From the NCBI GenBank assembly GCA_949358305.1, contig OX442314.1:12834001-12898000 (forward strand): DNA of 64,000 bases, in the 5' to 3' direction. Source of the stretch: Strigamia acuminata. Taxonomy: Eukaryota. Both the position numbers and the translations under genes were made by a program. A model generated the notes under the pieces. It worked only from the letters and a program-made list of their open reading frames with translations, did no database searches and was not told the origin of the DNA. Below, piece after piece: positions 63,649-64,000 of the stretch. Each line of letters opens with the position of its first letter. Positions within the stretch are counted from its first letter, which is position 1.

Positions 63649-64000
63649 CTGTTTCAATGAAATAAATGAATAAAAGATATATTAAAAAAAAAAATAAGAA
63701 GAAGAAATTCTTCTTTTTAAAAAATCCAAAGTTTTTTTGCCCAAAAAATAGAAAAAACGAGAAAAAAAATGAAACCTAAAGTGCAATTTCAGTCGTGTTA
63801 GAGGACACGACTCTTTGTACGTCGAATCATGAATGACGTCAATGCTTTTTTTGTACATTCAGAAATCTTTGAGGTAAATTGCATTCTTTGTCAACCCTTA
63901 AATGGAAAGTTCAAGAGAAGAAAAAGAGATTTGTTTGCTCGTGCACGATTTGCATTTTTAACATCAACTAATCTTATTTACCTTTGATCTGTTTTGGTTC

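Overview
AT-rich, intron-containing animal DNA. It looks arthropod-like (TATA + TCAGT initiator, DRE, short introns), but the species cannot be fixed from the sequence. About 53 kb hold four tandem, same-strand, intact genes for secreted animal heme peroxidases (peroxidase-cyclooxygenase superfamily, peroxinectin/chorion-peroxidase-like). I assembled these exon by exon; each splices to an open frame (625, 659, 628 and 708 aa). A compact ATP synthase subunit s gene follows on the minus strand, then the 3' part of a Na+/Ca2+ exchanger (NCX/Calx) gene. The most unusual signal is in the peroxidase active sites. All four keep the distal Gln/His/Arg and the proximal His, but all lack both acidic residues that covalently ester-link the heme in MPO/LPO-type enzymes, and all carry an invariant Met in place of the ester Glu. 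Introns and spacers hold two copies of a 5S-rRNA-derived SINE and several non-autonomous DNA-transposon families. Gene-structure oddities include a start codon split by an intron, a GC-AG intron, a precise intron loss and a candidate 21-nt NCX microexon. All gene models and family assignments are by eye and have no transcript or database support.
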